A stretch of DNA of 63,880 bases, the filler included, from Vezdaea acicularis (taxonomy: Eukaryota), in assembly GCA_026025075.1 (NCBI GenBank). It is 9 parts of 9 records of this genome, joined end to end, with 100 filler letters (N's around TTAATTAATTAA, not from the genome) between each part and the next. Parts side by side here need not be neighbours in the genome. Positions count along the whole stretch, not along the records: positions 8,572 to 16,959 come from JAPEUI010000275.1; positions 17,060 to 25,382 come from JAPEUI010000276.1; 7 more parts are not named here. One strand, 5' to 3'. The notes under the pieces were generated by a model. That model was not told where the DNA came from and ran no database searches. It worked only from the letters and a program-made list of their open reading frames with translations. Positions 13,085 through 25,299 of the stretch are shown here, piece by piece (positions within the stretch are counted from its first letter, which is position 1; each line of letters begins with the position of its first letter). The position numbers and the translations under genes were made by a program.

Positions 13085-15090
13085 ATGGCACCCTCAAAGA
13101 CGAAGAGGCAGGTCGAGGAAGCTGGCGAGGACCAGTATGGATCCATCTTCTCCATTTCCGGTCCCGTCATCGTGGCGGAGAACATGATAGGCTGTGCCAT
13201 GTACGAACTGGTCCGGGTAGGGCATGACAGTCTCGTGGGCGAGGTCATCCGGATTGAGGCAGATAGGGCTACCATCCAAGTATACGAGGAAACAGGTATG
13301 GCACCGGAGGCTCTGAAGACAAGTGGTACATGTGCTGACAGGTACCCCCACGACAGCCGGAGTGACGGTCGGTGACCCTGTCGTCAGGACAGGAAAACCA
13401 CTTTCCGTCGAGCTCGGGCCAGGTCTCATGGAAACCATTTACGACGGGATCCAACGACCACTGAAAGCCATCTCAAAACTCTCGGACAGCATCTACATCC
13501 CCCGTGGGATCAACACGCCCGCACTGAGTCGGGAGATAAAATGGGACTTCAAGCCGGGCAAGTTGAAAGTCGGGGATCACATCACGGGAGGCGATATCTT
13601 TGGATCTGTCTTCGAAAACACCCTTCTTGATGACCACAAAATTCTTCTCCCGCCTCGTGCCAGAGGTACCATCACCCGCATCGCCGAGAAGGGCAGCTAC
13701 ACGGTCGAGGATAAAGTCCTCGAGGTCGAGTTCGATGGCAAGAAGACTGAATACACCATGATGCATACTTGGCCCGTCCGAGTGCCTCGCCCGAGCACAG
13801 AGAAGCTCGTGTCAGATCAGCCTTTCATCGTGGGGCAACGAGTCCTGGATGCCCTCTTCCCTAGCGTGCAAGGAGGCACAGTCGCTATTCCTGGGGCCTT
13901 CGGTTGCGGTAAAACAGTCATCAGTCAGAGTGTGTCGAAATTCTCGAACAGTGATATCATCATTTACGTCGGGTGTGGTGAGCGAGGCAATGAGATGGCG
14001 GAAGTGCTCATGGACTTCCCTGAGGTGACTAGTTGAAGCTGAGAACCGACCCGCGCAAATAACTGACGTTGTGTTCCTAGCTTTCCATCGAGATCGACGG
14101 CCGCAAAGAGCCCATCATGAAGCGGACCACCCTCATTGCCAACACGTCAAACATGCCGGTCGCCGCACGAGAAGCGTCCATCTACACGGGTATCACCGTC
14201 GCTGAATACTTCCGTGACCAGGGAAAGAACGTCGCCATGATGGCAGACTCGACTTCACGATGGGCTGAGGCGCTTCGTGAGATCTCCGGTCGACTGGGGG
14301 AGATGCCTGCCGATCAGGGTTTCCCTGCTTATCTTGGTGCGAAGCTTGCCAGTTTCTACGAACGTGCCGGCAACGTGGTAGCGCTCGGAAGCCCAGAGCG
14401 AAAGGGAAGTGTCAGTATCGTCGGTGCAGTCAGTCCTCCAGGCGGTGACTTCTCAGATCCTGTCACTAGTAGCACACTAGGTATTGTGCAAGTCTTTTGG
14501 GGTTTGGACAAGAAGCTCGCGCAGAGGAAGCATTTCCCGTCAATCAACACCTCGGTCAGCTACAGCAAGTACACCACCATCCTAGACAAATTTTACGAAA
14601 AGGAAAATGCCGACTTCCCGCGGCTGCGAGACCGTATCAAGCAGCTATTGACCGACTCGGAAGATCTGGACCAAGTCGTCCAACTGGTCGGAAAATCTGC
14701 TCTGTCTGACCCAGATAAGATCACACTGGACGTGGCTAGCTTGATCAAAGAGGATTTCCTACAACAGAACGGGTATAGCAACTACGATCAATTCTGTCCA
14801 CTATGGAAGACCGAATGGATGATGAAAGCCATGATGGGATTCCACGACGAGAGCCAGAAGGCCATATCGCAGGGTCAAAGTTGGGGCAAAGTTCGAGAAG
14901 CGACGAGTGGGCTACAGGCCAAGTTGAGGAGTATGAAGTTTGAGGTTCCATCAGAGGGTGAGGAGGCCATTACAAAGAAGGTAAAACCACCCCCAGTATC
15001 ATTCCAAGGCTCTCTAGCTAACTCACTTCACAGTACGAAGAGATTCTGCAAGAGATGACGGACAAGTTTGCTGCTGTCGTTGATGAGTAG
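13085..15090 (+). CDS. VMA1: V-type H+-ATPase catalytic subunit A (three introns, no intein)
   Basis: [13 protein letters not shown]-loop [40 protein letters not shown]; stop TAG at 15088-15090. Confidence 0.97.
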
Positions 15091-15728
15091 ACTGTAGTAC
15101 GTTGAATAGAGACGCATCGTATCTGCGCCTAGACATGGTCGCATTGTATATAGCAACCACTGATTAGCAGACATACTGCTCATCGACTGTAGACATATCA
15201 CAATTCAAGAACTTTGCTTACCCAAGCTAGGGAATGCTCATTTGGGAGGTTCGTTGTACAATTTGAATGAATCGGCTTTCCTCTCAAAAGCTGCGTCCCC
15301 TGCTTACGTGGCGTGGGGGCAAATAAAGGAGCTTCACTCGGTAGCACCGATGGTTGCCTTCCACTGGGTTCATTCATATACCTTCACTTTTAGTTTAATC
15401 ACACGGCTCTGCAGAGTGAAACACAAGGCTATTTCTACTTAACTTATCGTGAACTGATACATGTCGTTTTGAGGTCACTTGTTTGTGCGATCGTCACATG
15501 CGCTCAAGCGCCACAATTGGCCATCCGAAGCCTCAGCCACATTTCTGTATACTCTGCAGCAGAACCATCGTCAACAAATCCTGATCATTTCGCGAAGTCT
15601 TCAGCTCAGACCAACCCTTGCTTTGCATTTTCCGGCGCGCACCCATATCACGATCTATACGTCTGCATCTTCTCAGTTGAACGCGGTACGGCAAACTGTT
15701 CATGAACCAAGCACAAGAGCCTGCTACA

Positions 15729-16959
15729 ATGGCTACTCCTCCGGGTTACTCGTGAGTGACTTAAGCGCAAACGGGGAGATTGCCGTGTTCTTCTCCATAC
15801 TAACAGCGAACCCTCTTTCAGGATAAACGTCAATGATCCAGGACTCATTACACTAGTCAACAAGCTCCAGGACGTCTTCACCACGGTCGGAGTAAGCTTC
15901 ATTGCCCCCACGTGCCAAGAAGACGCACTTTTCCTTAAAGAATACATCTGATGCTGGCTGTTGCCTCTGCATAGGTACAAAATCCTATAGACTTACCACA
16001 AATAGCCGTAGTAGGCTCACAATCGAGCGGCAAGAGCTCTGTGCTCGAGAACATCGTCGGCCGGGATTTGTATGCCTCTTCACAATATCACAAGTCCGTC
16101 GGCATGCCCGCTAACATCTTTGAATCGCAGTCTTCCTCGTGGCACCGGCATAGTCACAAGACGGCCTTTAATCTTACAATTAATCAACCGGTCTGGCGAG
16201 AAGCCTCAAGCTAATGGCGTCAAGAACGAGCTGGTCGAAACGAGCGATAAGGAGTCAAATATCGAGGAGTGGGGCGAGTTCTTGCACATCCCTGGTCAGA
16301 AGTTCTACGACTTCAACAAGATACGCGATGAGATTGTGAAAGAAACAGAGTCTAAGACCGGCAGAAATGCAGGAATTTCGCCCGCCCCGATCAACCTCCG
16401 CATATACTCTCCGAATGTTCTGACGTTGACTCTGGTTGATTTGCCCGGCTTAACGAAAGTACCTGTTGGAGATCAGCCGCGAGATATCGAGAAGCAGATT
16501 CGGGAGATGGTCCTCAAACAGATCAGCAAGTCAAACGCGATCATATTAGCAGTCACACCAGCAAACACCGATCTAGCGAATTCGGACGGTCTGAAATTAG
16601 CGCGAGAAGTCGACCCGGAAGGCCAGAGGACAATTGGTGTCTTGACAAAAGTCGATCTGATGGACGTGGGCACAGATGTAGTTGATATTCTAGCTGGTAG
16701 GATCATCCCGTTGCGGCTGGGCTACGTACCGGTCGTCAACCGAGGACAACGAGATATCGATAACAAGAAGCAAATTTCCTATGCGCTGGAAGCGGAGAAG
16801 AACTTCTTCGAGAATCACAAGGCGTATCGGAATAAGGCTTCCTACTGCGGGACACCGTATCTGGCGCGCAAACTGAACTTGGTTCGTATAAACTCTTTGG
16901 GCGTCCGACATGACACTAATATGATGCGATAGATCCTTATGATGCACATCAAACAGACA
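15729..16959 (+). CDS. VPS1: Dynamin-like GTPase Vps1, 3'-partial
   Basis: Spliced [66 protein letters not shown]. Confidence 0.93.
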
Positions 16960-17059
16960 NNNNNNNNNNNNNNNNNNNNNNNNNNNNNNNNNNNNNNNNN
17001 NNNTTAATTAATTAANNNNNNNNNNNNNNNNNNNNNNNNNNNNNNNNNNNNNNNNNNNN

Positions 17060-19143
17060 TTGCGGGGCCGCCGCGGCGGATGTCGAGGGAGGGGACGGGC
17101 GAGCCGATGCCGGCGAGGGGCGTGCGCTCGGCGGCGGTGGCGGGGGTGGGCATGGCGGTCGTGGCTTGGTCGCCGAAGAGGGCGTTCATGTCTTCGAGGC
17201 GGACGCCGCAGGTTTCAGGGTAGATGAAGTAGACTGGAAGACGTTAGCAATGGTGGTTTAGAGGAGTTTGGGGAGAAGCAGAGTGTCTTACCAACGATGA
17301 AACTGACGGCGCAGAAGAACGCATGTAGGAGATAAAGCCGCCATTTGATCAGGTCTTGTAGGATAGGTGTCAGCTCCCCTACAAGCCAGTTGAAAGCCCA
17401 ATTGGAAGCAGTGCTCAGACTGGCGCCCTTTGCTCGGATGCTGAGAGGAAGAATCTCAGGTGGGTAGAGCCATGGAATTGGACCCCATGAGTAACCGAAG
17501 GCCGCGTTGTAGATCATGACAAAGACGACAACTAGTGTGGGCGTTGCTCGGATATCGATATAAATGAAATACGAGATTGCAGAAAGGGAGATGATCATGG
17601 CAACGGCGCCTGTGAGGAGAATGAATCGACGTCCCCATCGGTCGACCAGATACCAGGGTGGAATCGTGGAAAGGAGATATGAGATCCCGTTGATGCCGGT
17701 CATCAGTATAGCGTCTCGGCCATACCATCCCGCTGACTCGAAGACAAGAGGCGCATAATAGGAGATGACGTTGATTCCGTTCAGCTGCGCGAAAGCTTGG
17801 GCCGACATGGCGATAAAGACACGCTTGGAGTATCGTTTGAACATGTCACTGTATGACCTCTGGCCTTCTTGGCGCTGAAGAAGAACATTCATCTTGATCT
17901 CGCGATATTCCTCTTTCGCTTTCTGGTTGCGAATGTCCCCACCTCCGTAGAGGTTCGCTATCACTACTATGCCTTCTTCATCATGATCGTTATCTAACAG
18001 CCATCTGACACATTGTTAGCAAATTACAGACACTCTAACACTATATGATAAATTACAGACCTCGGCGATTCGCAAATAATGAGGCTTCCAAAGCCCAAAA
18101 GCGCTCCCATAACACATTGCATCAGTAACGGGATGCGCCATGCATAGTCGCTCTCGATGAAGCTGCAAAAGTAGTCCACCCACACGCTTGCGGCATATCC
18201 GAGAATGTTTCCCGTGAACTCTATACAAGCCAGCTTGCCTCGATTGTGAGGCGGTGAGATTTCCGACTGGTAGACAGGAACTATCGTTGACAGCGCTCCT
18301 ACACCTAGACCGGCGATTATTCGACCCAACAACATCATTGGCATCCCCGTAGCGAACGTCTGGAGAACTCCTCCCACGAAGAATATCATCGAGCCGTACA
18401 GGATAGTTCTCCGTCTGCCAATCATATCACCGATGCGTCCAACAGATAAGGAAGAGACGAAAGCCCCGACTTCGAGAATTGCGACCATAGTCCCAAGCTC
18501 GGCACTTGTAGGCTGATTGAAATAGTCTTTAAAAAATGATCCTCTGCGGGGGTACATCGTCAGCATCTCGTGTGGCTTATTATATATCTCAATGCTACCC
18601 ACGTAATAATCCCCGACATAACGCCTTGATCATATCCGAATAAGAAGACCCCTAATGATACAAATACACTCGTAAAATACCTGCAAAAATTAGTGGCCAT
18701 ACACTGCGTTAGCAAGCGATGGGGTTTGCTAACAGTAATGGCTTGCCCGTCAAGCCATGCATCTGGCTTCCCCCTTGCCCTCCATTCATGATGGCGGCAA
18801 GTATCTTCTCCGCAACCGGAATCTGCCGTTGGCGAGGACTTGGTATCTCAATTTCCTCTTTCACAATATTCAAACGGCCTTCCTTTCCTCCACCGGGACT
18901 GTTTTGTTGATATCGTACCCGCTTGGTATGCCGAGTTCGTGGCCTCGCGGAGCCTCCGAAGACTTCCTCGTCCAATGACCGGCGAAGTTTAATCCTTAAC
19001 GGGTCCTCTTCGTCGGCTAGTTGCTCTCCAATATCCCCAGTGTCACTCCAGAGGGAGAAGTCAGAACCGGCCGTCTCGAAGGAGAGACGCGGGGAAGAGG
19101 ATGACCCGCCGTGACTTCTCTTCTCGTCGGTACTGCCTATCAA
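17060..19143 (-). CDS. MFS sugar porter, multi-exon, 3'-partial, start uncertain
   Basis: LFGYDQGVMSG, GDMIGRR, VPVYQSEISP, ICESPRW, QLNGINVISYYAP, VDRWGRR, YPET. Confidence 0.9.
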
Positions 19144-21536
19144 AGCTGTCGCGTGCAGGTCGGATCTATGTGTTGGTGATGATAAAGTTCGGAGAGGGAT
19201 GTTGGCCGGGCGGCGGGAATTTGAGGGAGAAATTTTGAAGGAAGTCGGGCTGAATGGCAGCAGCCCTACTCTGCGTATGGAGGTGGAGTATCGTGATGGA
19301 CCTCAGGTAGGGGGGACGTTGAGAAAGGGCCTAGCGATGCACGATACGAAGTTTGAGAGGGACAGAAGCCGACAATGAGTGGGTCAAGCATCAGAAGATC
19401 AAAGTGGAGGGAAGACGTCTATTGGCGTGCACACGGGACCGGAGACAGACCCTATTTGCAAAGGTGGATAGTATCGGCATCCGCTGGCAGCGTTGAAGAA
19501 AAGTAGCGAGTTGAGTTCGTCTGTCGTTGCCCTCGCGAGCCCTTTGCCGAGACGCTCTCCGAAAGATTCTCTTGCGCCGGAGATCATCTCACGCCTACAA
19601 CATTGGCCTAAACGCCCGTTGCAATTTTATATATCTAATAGTATTGTACAGAGCTTGGCAAATAGAGAATACTTACCTTTCCGATCTGTGGAACGACGGC
19701 GCTCCATTTTACATATGAACTAACTGTTGTCAGCTGGATGGTAAGCGTGGTCATGCGCCAATTGGAGGACAGTCCAGATCACGCCACGACCTCGCCTTTG
19801 CGTTTCTATTTGATGAAGATAGATGGAAACCAATGTTTCTATGTTATTCCTGTGTCCATGCTCCTACTGTATTACTATGTTCTCAAACAGTTGTTCCAGC
19901 ATCGATCTTGAATCAAGCTATTGCACCTCACGTGCCTGCCATGGGAAGTTTTCATGAGGTTTCATGCGCACCCTACTTTTAAGCATGTCCCCGAAGATGC
20001 TCGAATAACAAGGGGAGATCTGAACCCCACGCATTCAAGATGGCATATGGACAGAGGGCAGGGACTCTTATCGATCAGTGGTTTGAGGACGACAGCTTTT
20101 TGCCGACGATCGCTTCGTTGGCCGTAACCAGCATCAAGGAAGTCTTTCGCCACTTCCATGATCGACAAGGTATTTTTGGCTTTTCCCACGAATTGCCAGC
20201 AGCATCTCTTTTCAAAATCCCGTCTCTAAGATTCTCCATCGTAGTCTAGCCGTTGTTTCACGCGGAGATGCCCACTACAAGGGGACCTTGGACGATGGTA
20301 TACGTACAGCGGCTCTTCCCATGATCGATTTGCCGACTTGTCGTTGGACGAGGCCTTCATGTCAAGAGGATTTCAAAGCGGGCCATTGAATATATGAGAG
20401 TATGTTCTGCTTTCAGGGCCAGGGTGTCGTTTGGCAAGGCCTGTGTGCTTTGCCCTGTACAGTAGTGATTATGACCAAGTACGTATTCGAGCATCTTAAT
20501 GCTCCATCTCTCGTCCTATGCACTGCTCAAGCTAGCCATGCAGTCTGCAATTCGAGGTGGTCGTATAGATAGACCGGCATATGCCTAGGTACGTGTGGAT
20601 CCTGCCGACGTCCTGCGCAAACATTTTCACGGCCGGGTATTCTCCGAGTCACACTCACATCTGAACTTGATTCGAGGTTCGCGCAGATCCCCCGTCAGGT
20701 ACTGCTATCAAGAAGGCGTGCTCAGGGACTTGCGACGTCTTGCTTCTGGAACACGCGGTCTTGGGGCTGATCGACAGTCGAGATAAAAATACATGAAGGC
20801 GTGAGTGGGGTGAGGGCCAGGTGAAACCGGCCCTCGTTCCAGCCACGCCGACTCCTTCGCACGCCCACGACGCCCTCGCTTCGCTTCGCGTCAAATCAGG
20901 ACGGTCCGCCGAACAACCTGCCCCGTCCGGCCTCCCCCAGGCCGCTGCTCGCCCCGAGATTGCTCCCTAACCACACTGGGCCAACCTCTTAATTTCCCTG
21001 CTCCGCGCACCGTGCACTTTTGCCGCTGCACTGGCCAGGTGAGTTTAACTGAGAGAGAGACTGTCTTTTATGTCGTCTGCTTCGTTCGCTCCATCTTCTT
21101 CAACTTGCCATCTCCAACAACCTCACCGACTGTCATCGCCGCCGTGTGTTTTGCTCGATCTTCGTGTCCACCAGTGGCTACGTGGATGCGCCTCCGCCTT
21201 AGCTCGCTTCACTTCCCCATAAACTCCACGCCAGTCCGCGGTGGTTTCGGGGCTAGAAGAACAGCGCCTCATCCGCGGTCGCGAACTTACGTTTGCACCT
21301 GGCTGCCACCGTCAACACCACGGCAATCCATCGCCATTGCATAGTCGAGACGGAGCCAGACTGCAGCAAAGCAGTACAATTGTCCTCCGGCGCATCGGGC
21401 GCACCGACTGCTACATCCGCTGGGCTCCTAGTCTTCACCGCTACTCGCGTCGGGCCATCGTTCTCTGAGGAGGCGTGTTTGGTGACGTGGTGATACGCTC
21501 AATTCCTGCTACGATAGAATAATAACATCAACCGCG

Positions 21537-22620
21537 ATGGGGTCGACACAATTTGGGAAATTCCATAATTTCTGTCGGGATTCGACGCTTCCAGTGTGCA
21601 ACCTGTTCCTCGAGTCCTACAACAGAGGGGGAAACGGATTTGGTGGATGTGAGCTCACTGGGATATCGTTAAGCAAGGGAAGGCATCTGAGGAACCTTGG
21701 TGAGCTGCGCCGAGAACGAACCTCTCAAGGACCTTAGCTGATTTACATAGGATCAATACTGCTCTGTGGGATTGCGATTGTTGTCTCCGCTTTCTTATTA
21801 TGGAGGTCGGAAAGGAAAAAGGCTGCTGTTGGCCGGAGGTACGTTCGAATTAGAAAGTTAGAACCGCAATAAAGATGGGAGTACTAATAGACATGCCGTA
21901 TAGGGAGATCCAGATGTTCATTGCTGGATACATGCTAGTAGAACTGTGCGAAATATTCACAGTAGGGGGTTTTCCACTGGGGACAAAGACTCGAATGGGT
22001 TTCACAGCCCTACATCTTGCAGCGATTGCGGCCACAACTTGGATCCTACTGCTCAATGGAGCCGTTGGATTTCAGATCATAGATGACGGCACACTTCCAT
22101 CACTCGGCCTGATAGCGCTGTCTGCTGCAGCGATATTCATCGGCACAGGTTACATTGCTCTAGATACAGGGTTCAGCTGGACAGGCCATTTCGACCCCAG
22201 TCTGAACGATCCGAACCGCAACATTGGACTCTATGTCCTCTACCTTCTCGCGCCGCTTGTCTTCATCTTTCTTTTCTTCGTCCTTGAGACGGTCCTAGTA
22301 CTGCGAGTACTTGGGGAGCGGAGGCCTGTTGGTAAGCTGCAAACTACCTACCTCCTAAGACTTTACTAACGAGCCCGCCAGGATACCTTCTCGGTGCAGC
22401 TCTTCTATTCGCCATCGGCCAGATCTTCCAATTCGTCATCAGCACCCACCTCTGCAACAAGACATCAGGAGGCATTGACGGCGCCCTCTTCGAGACCCTC
22501 TTCACCTTACTAGCCGTCGTAATGATCTGGGTGTTCTGGTCGAGCATCACAGAAGAGGACTGGCCCGCGGGGCCAGGCGGGGGCGAATACATGAGGACAG
22601 GACCGACGGCGTATACATGA
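21537..22620 (+). CDS. Chs7-like chitin synthase export chaperone family membrane protein (three introns)
   Basis: MGSTQFGKFHNFCRDSTLPVC, SERKKAAVGRREIQ, LLLNGAVGFQIIDDGT, IDGALFETLF, FWSSITEEDW. Confidence 0.85.
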
Positions 22621-22810
22621 CCTGCGTAATGGGTGGATAGTTTGTTTTATGTTTTCATGGCCTTTATGAGTTGCGCTTAGCGTGTTGATATCCCCAATAA
22701 TTCATACTAAATATTCCAACCTCTTGCTTCGAAGGCGGCGTGCGAGGTGACTTTTGTCCTGACGCTTTGGTTGCAATCGAGTGTGGACAATTCGATTCTC
22801 ACTGCGGGCA

Positions 22811-23413
22811 ACCTCGGCATCACGACGTTGGCGCGCAAGGCGCGTCTCCCCTACACGTCTTTTGCGGGGCTCAAAGCGCAACGCAAAAGTAAAAGGGTCA
22901 GCTGATTCTCACATGTGCTCCAAAGACTGATCCGGGACGTGTTCTAGAAAGCTTCTGGAAAGCTTCGGGGGGGTTCCATTTAGGATGTCTCTACCTCGGC
23001 ACCACGAGCTTGACGCGCAAGGCGCGTCTCCCCAAGACGGGTTTTTGGAGTTCAAAACGCAACGCAAAACTGGAAGGTCAGCTGACTGCTAGCTGTCCTT
23101 CATAACTGTGGGGTTTGGGGAAGCATGTGGGACTTCATTAGAGAGCTCTTTACCTCGGCATCACGCAGTTGCCGCGCACGGCGCGTCTCCCCGCCACGTC
23201 TTTTTGGATTTTAAATTGCAACGCAAAATCGAAAGGTCAGCTGATTTGCACATGGGATCCTTAGGTCATTTAGAGATGTATTCTGGAAAGCTTCTGGGCG
23301 CTTCTTCAGGATCTTCTTACCTCGGCATCACGACCTTGCCGCGTAAGGCACGTCTCCCCGACACGTCTCTTTGCACTTGCAAAGCGCAACGCAAAACTGA
23401 AAGGGTCATCTGA
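22811..23413. repeat. Array of four diverged ~94-bp units starting at 22811, 22993, 23152 and 23319
   Basis: Each copy has ACCTCGGCAYCACG...TTGNCGCGYAMGGCRCGTCTCCCC...GCAACGCAAAA...GGTCAKCTGA in the same order. Confidence 0.92.
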
Positions 23414-23661
23414 CTTTCACATGCACCTTCAACACCCCACATTGTTGTTGGGGGCAACACTCATTGTTTACCGTCGAGCCAAAGAATTATTCATGCAAGC
23501 TCGGCCTTTATTTAAGGTTTAGTGCCCGATCTCGCCTATCTCCTGCAGCCGCCTTTAATGCCGGGAAAGCACGCCTCTCACTTCTAAAAAACACTCAAAC
23601 CAGACACCGCCCTCTTTGTCTCCTTCCTGCCCCGTGCGGGTTGCGCCTCTAACAGTCCGAC

Positions 23662-25299
23662 ATGGCCGACTCAGACGGTGAGTACCTCGACGACTTCTCC
23701 GATGAGGAAGCCTCCGCCCACCAGGTGACTCGAGGGAGCGGCCACGCAACGCGTGTGTCGGGGCGGGGCCTTAACGTGAGCGGGAGACAAGCCGCGAAAC
23801 CGAAAGCCAGATGGGAGGATATACAAAGAAGTTGGGATAATGTTGTTGAAGGCGCGGATGGTAGCATTGGCAGTACAGTCGTGGGTTTGCTGGAGGCAAG
23901 CAAGAGAAAGAGGTAAGTGGATTTAAAGGCAGCTGTGTGGGCTGGCTCTTTCCCTCTATGGAGAGTTTGAGTACTGTATTTGGAGATGAGCATGTTTCTT
24001 TCGCCCCACTGGGCTCTGGGCTGGCACTTTCGTCTGGATTTGGTTCGGGAACTGGAGGAGTCCCTAAGGCTAACTCGACGACGTAGGTTACAACGCGATA
24101 CGACGCCCCTGCAGCGTGGGATTGTGAGGAATGTGGTCTTGGTGTTAGATTGCTCGGATGCGATGACCGAGAAGGACCTTAGGCCCACAAGGTACCTCTT
24201 GACGATACGGTATGCGCAAGAATTCGTGACGGAGTTCTTCGAGCAGAACCCGATAAGCCAGCTTGGGGTAATCGCAATGCGGGACGGGATCGCAGTTACG
24301 ATCACAGAACAAAGCGGGAATCCTAACGATCATATAGCAGCGCTAGAGAAGCTTAGGACAGAGGATCCGAAGGGATATCCCAGCTTGCAGAATGCGTTGG
24401 AGTTCTGTAGGGGAAGGCTGTCCCATGCCCCCGCTCATGGAACAAGAGAAGTTCTCATCATCTACGGCGCCCTCATTTCAGCAGATCCAGGGGACATACA
24501 CGTTACGATAAACAGCTTAGTCGCGGAGCGAATACGGGTCAGTATTGTTGGACTTGCAGCTCAGGTGGCTATCTGTAGAGAGATGTGTGTCAAGACCAAC
24601 AGCGGCGATGATCGTAGCTACGGCGTATCTCTCAACGAGCAGCACTTCAAAGACCTTTTCCTCAGCAGCACCACGCCTCCCGTCACACACTCGGTAACGG
24701 AGTCTGCGGCTTCTCTGTTACAGATGGGTTTCCCCTCACGTCTTGACGAGAACAAGGCCTCTCTATGCGCGTGTCACTCTCGATTGACGAAAGGCGGTTA
24801 CCTCTGCACAAGATGCGAGACTAAAGTCTGCAACCTCCCTATAGACTGTCCGGCCTGTGGTCTGACTCTCATTCTCTCTACACATCTTGCGCGTAGCTAT
24901 CACCATCTCTTCCCTCTAAAGAACTGGGTAGAGGTGCCATGGAAGGACGCCCACAGCGTTAAGTGCTTCTCCTGCGTCCAGCCGTTCCCGCCTGTTCCGA
25001 CAGAACACCGGAAGGCGGAGACTGAAGCTGCGAAGGCGAAAGAGAAGGCAGCCCCCCCTTCTACAGCTCCAACCAAAAATATGGGGACGAGCGAAAGCTC
25101 GAGATACATGTGTGAGACTTGCGGGAATCATTTCTGCGTCGATTGCGATATATTCTGTCATGAGCAGCTCCACAATTGCCCAGGGTGCCAGAGCACGGTA
25201 TTTGGAGATGAGCAACCTGAGTACAACGGAGCAAACGAGGACACAGGAAACGGTCATATGGCGAATGGCGACGGAGACGCAATGGATACTGGGGCCTAG
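23662..25299 (+). CDS. SSL1: TFIIH subunit Ssl1/p44; intron 23913-24086
   Basis: RDTTPLQRGIVR, KDLRPTR, FFEQNPISQLG (vWA domain), CPACGLTLILSTHLARSYHHLFP, C-terminal CVDCDIFCHEQLHNCPGC zinc finger. Confidence 0.96.

Noticed and set aside
13960..14000. VMA1 intein (VDE) insertion site
   Set aside because: [12 protein letters not shown] is contiguous, so there is no intein.
19921..20249. Short ORFs as a pseudogene between the sugar porter and CHS7-like genes
   Set aside because: Non-ATG starts, no recognisable motif and no consistent splice model.
22811..23413. CRISPR-like interpretation of the repeat array
   Set aside because: Units are ~94 bp and diverged, spacers share fragments (e.g. TTCTGGAAAGCTTC), there are no cas genes, and the context is eukaryotic.
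23108..23413. 101-aa ORF over the repeat array
   Set aside because: GTG start, and one-base indels between copies are not frame-preserving, so the units are not a protein repeat.
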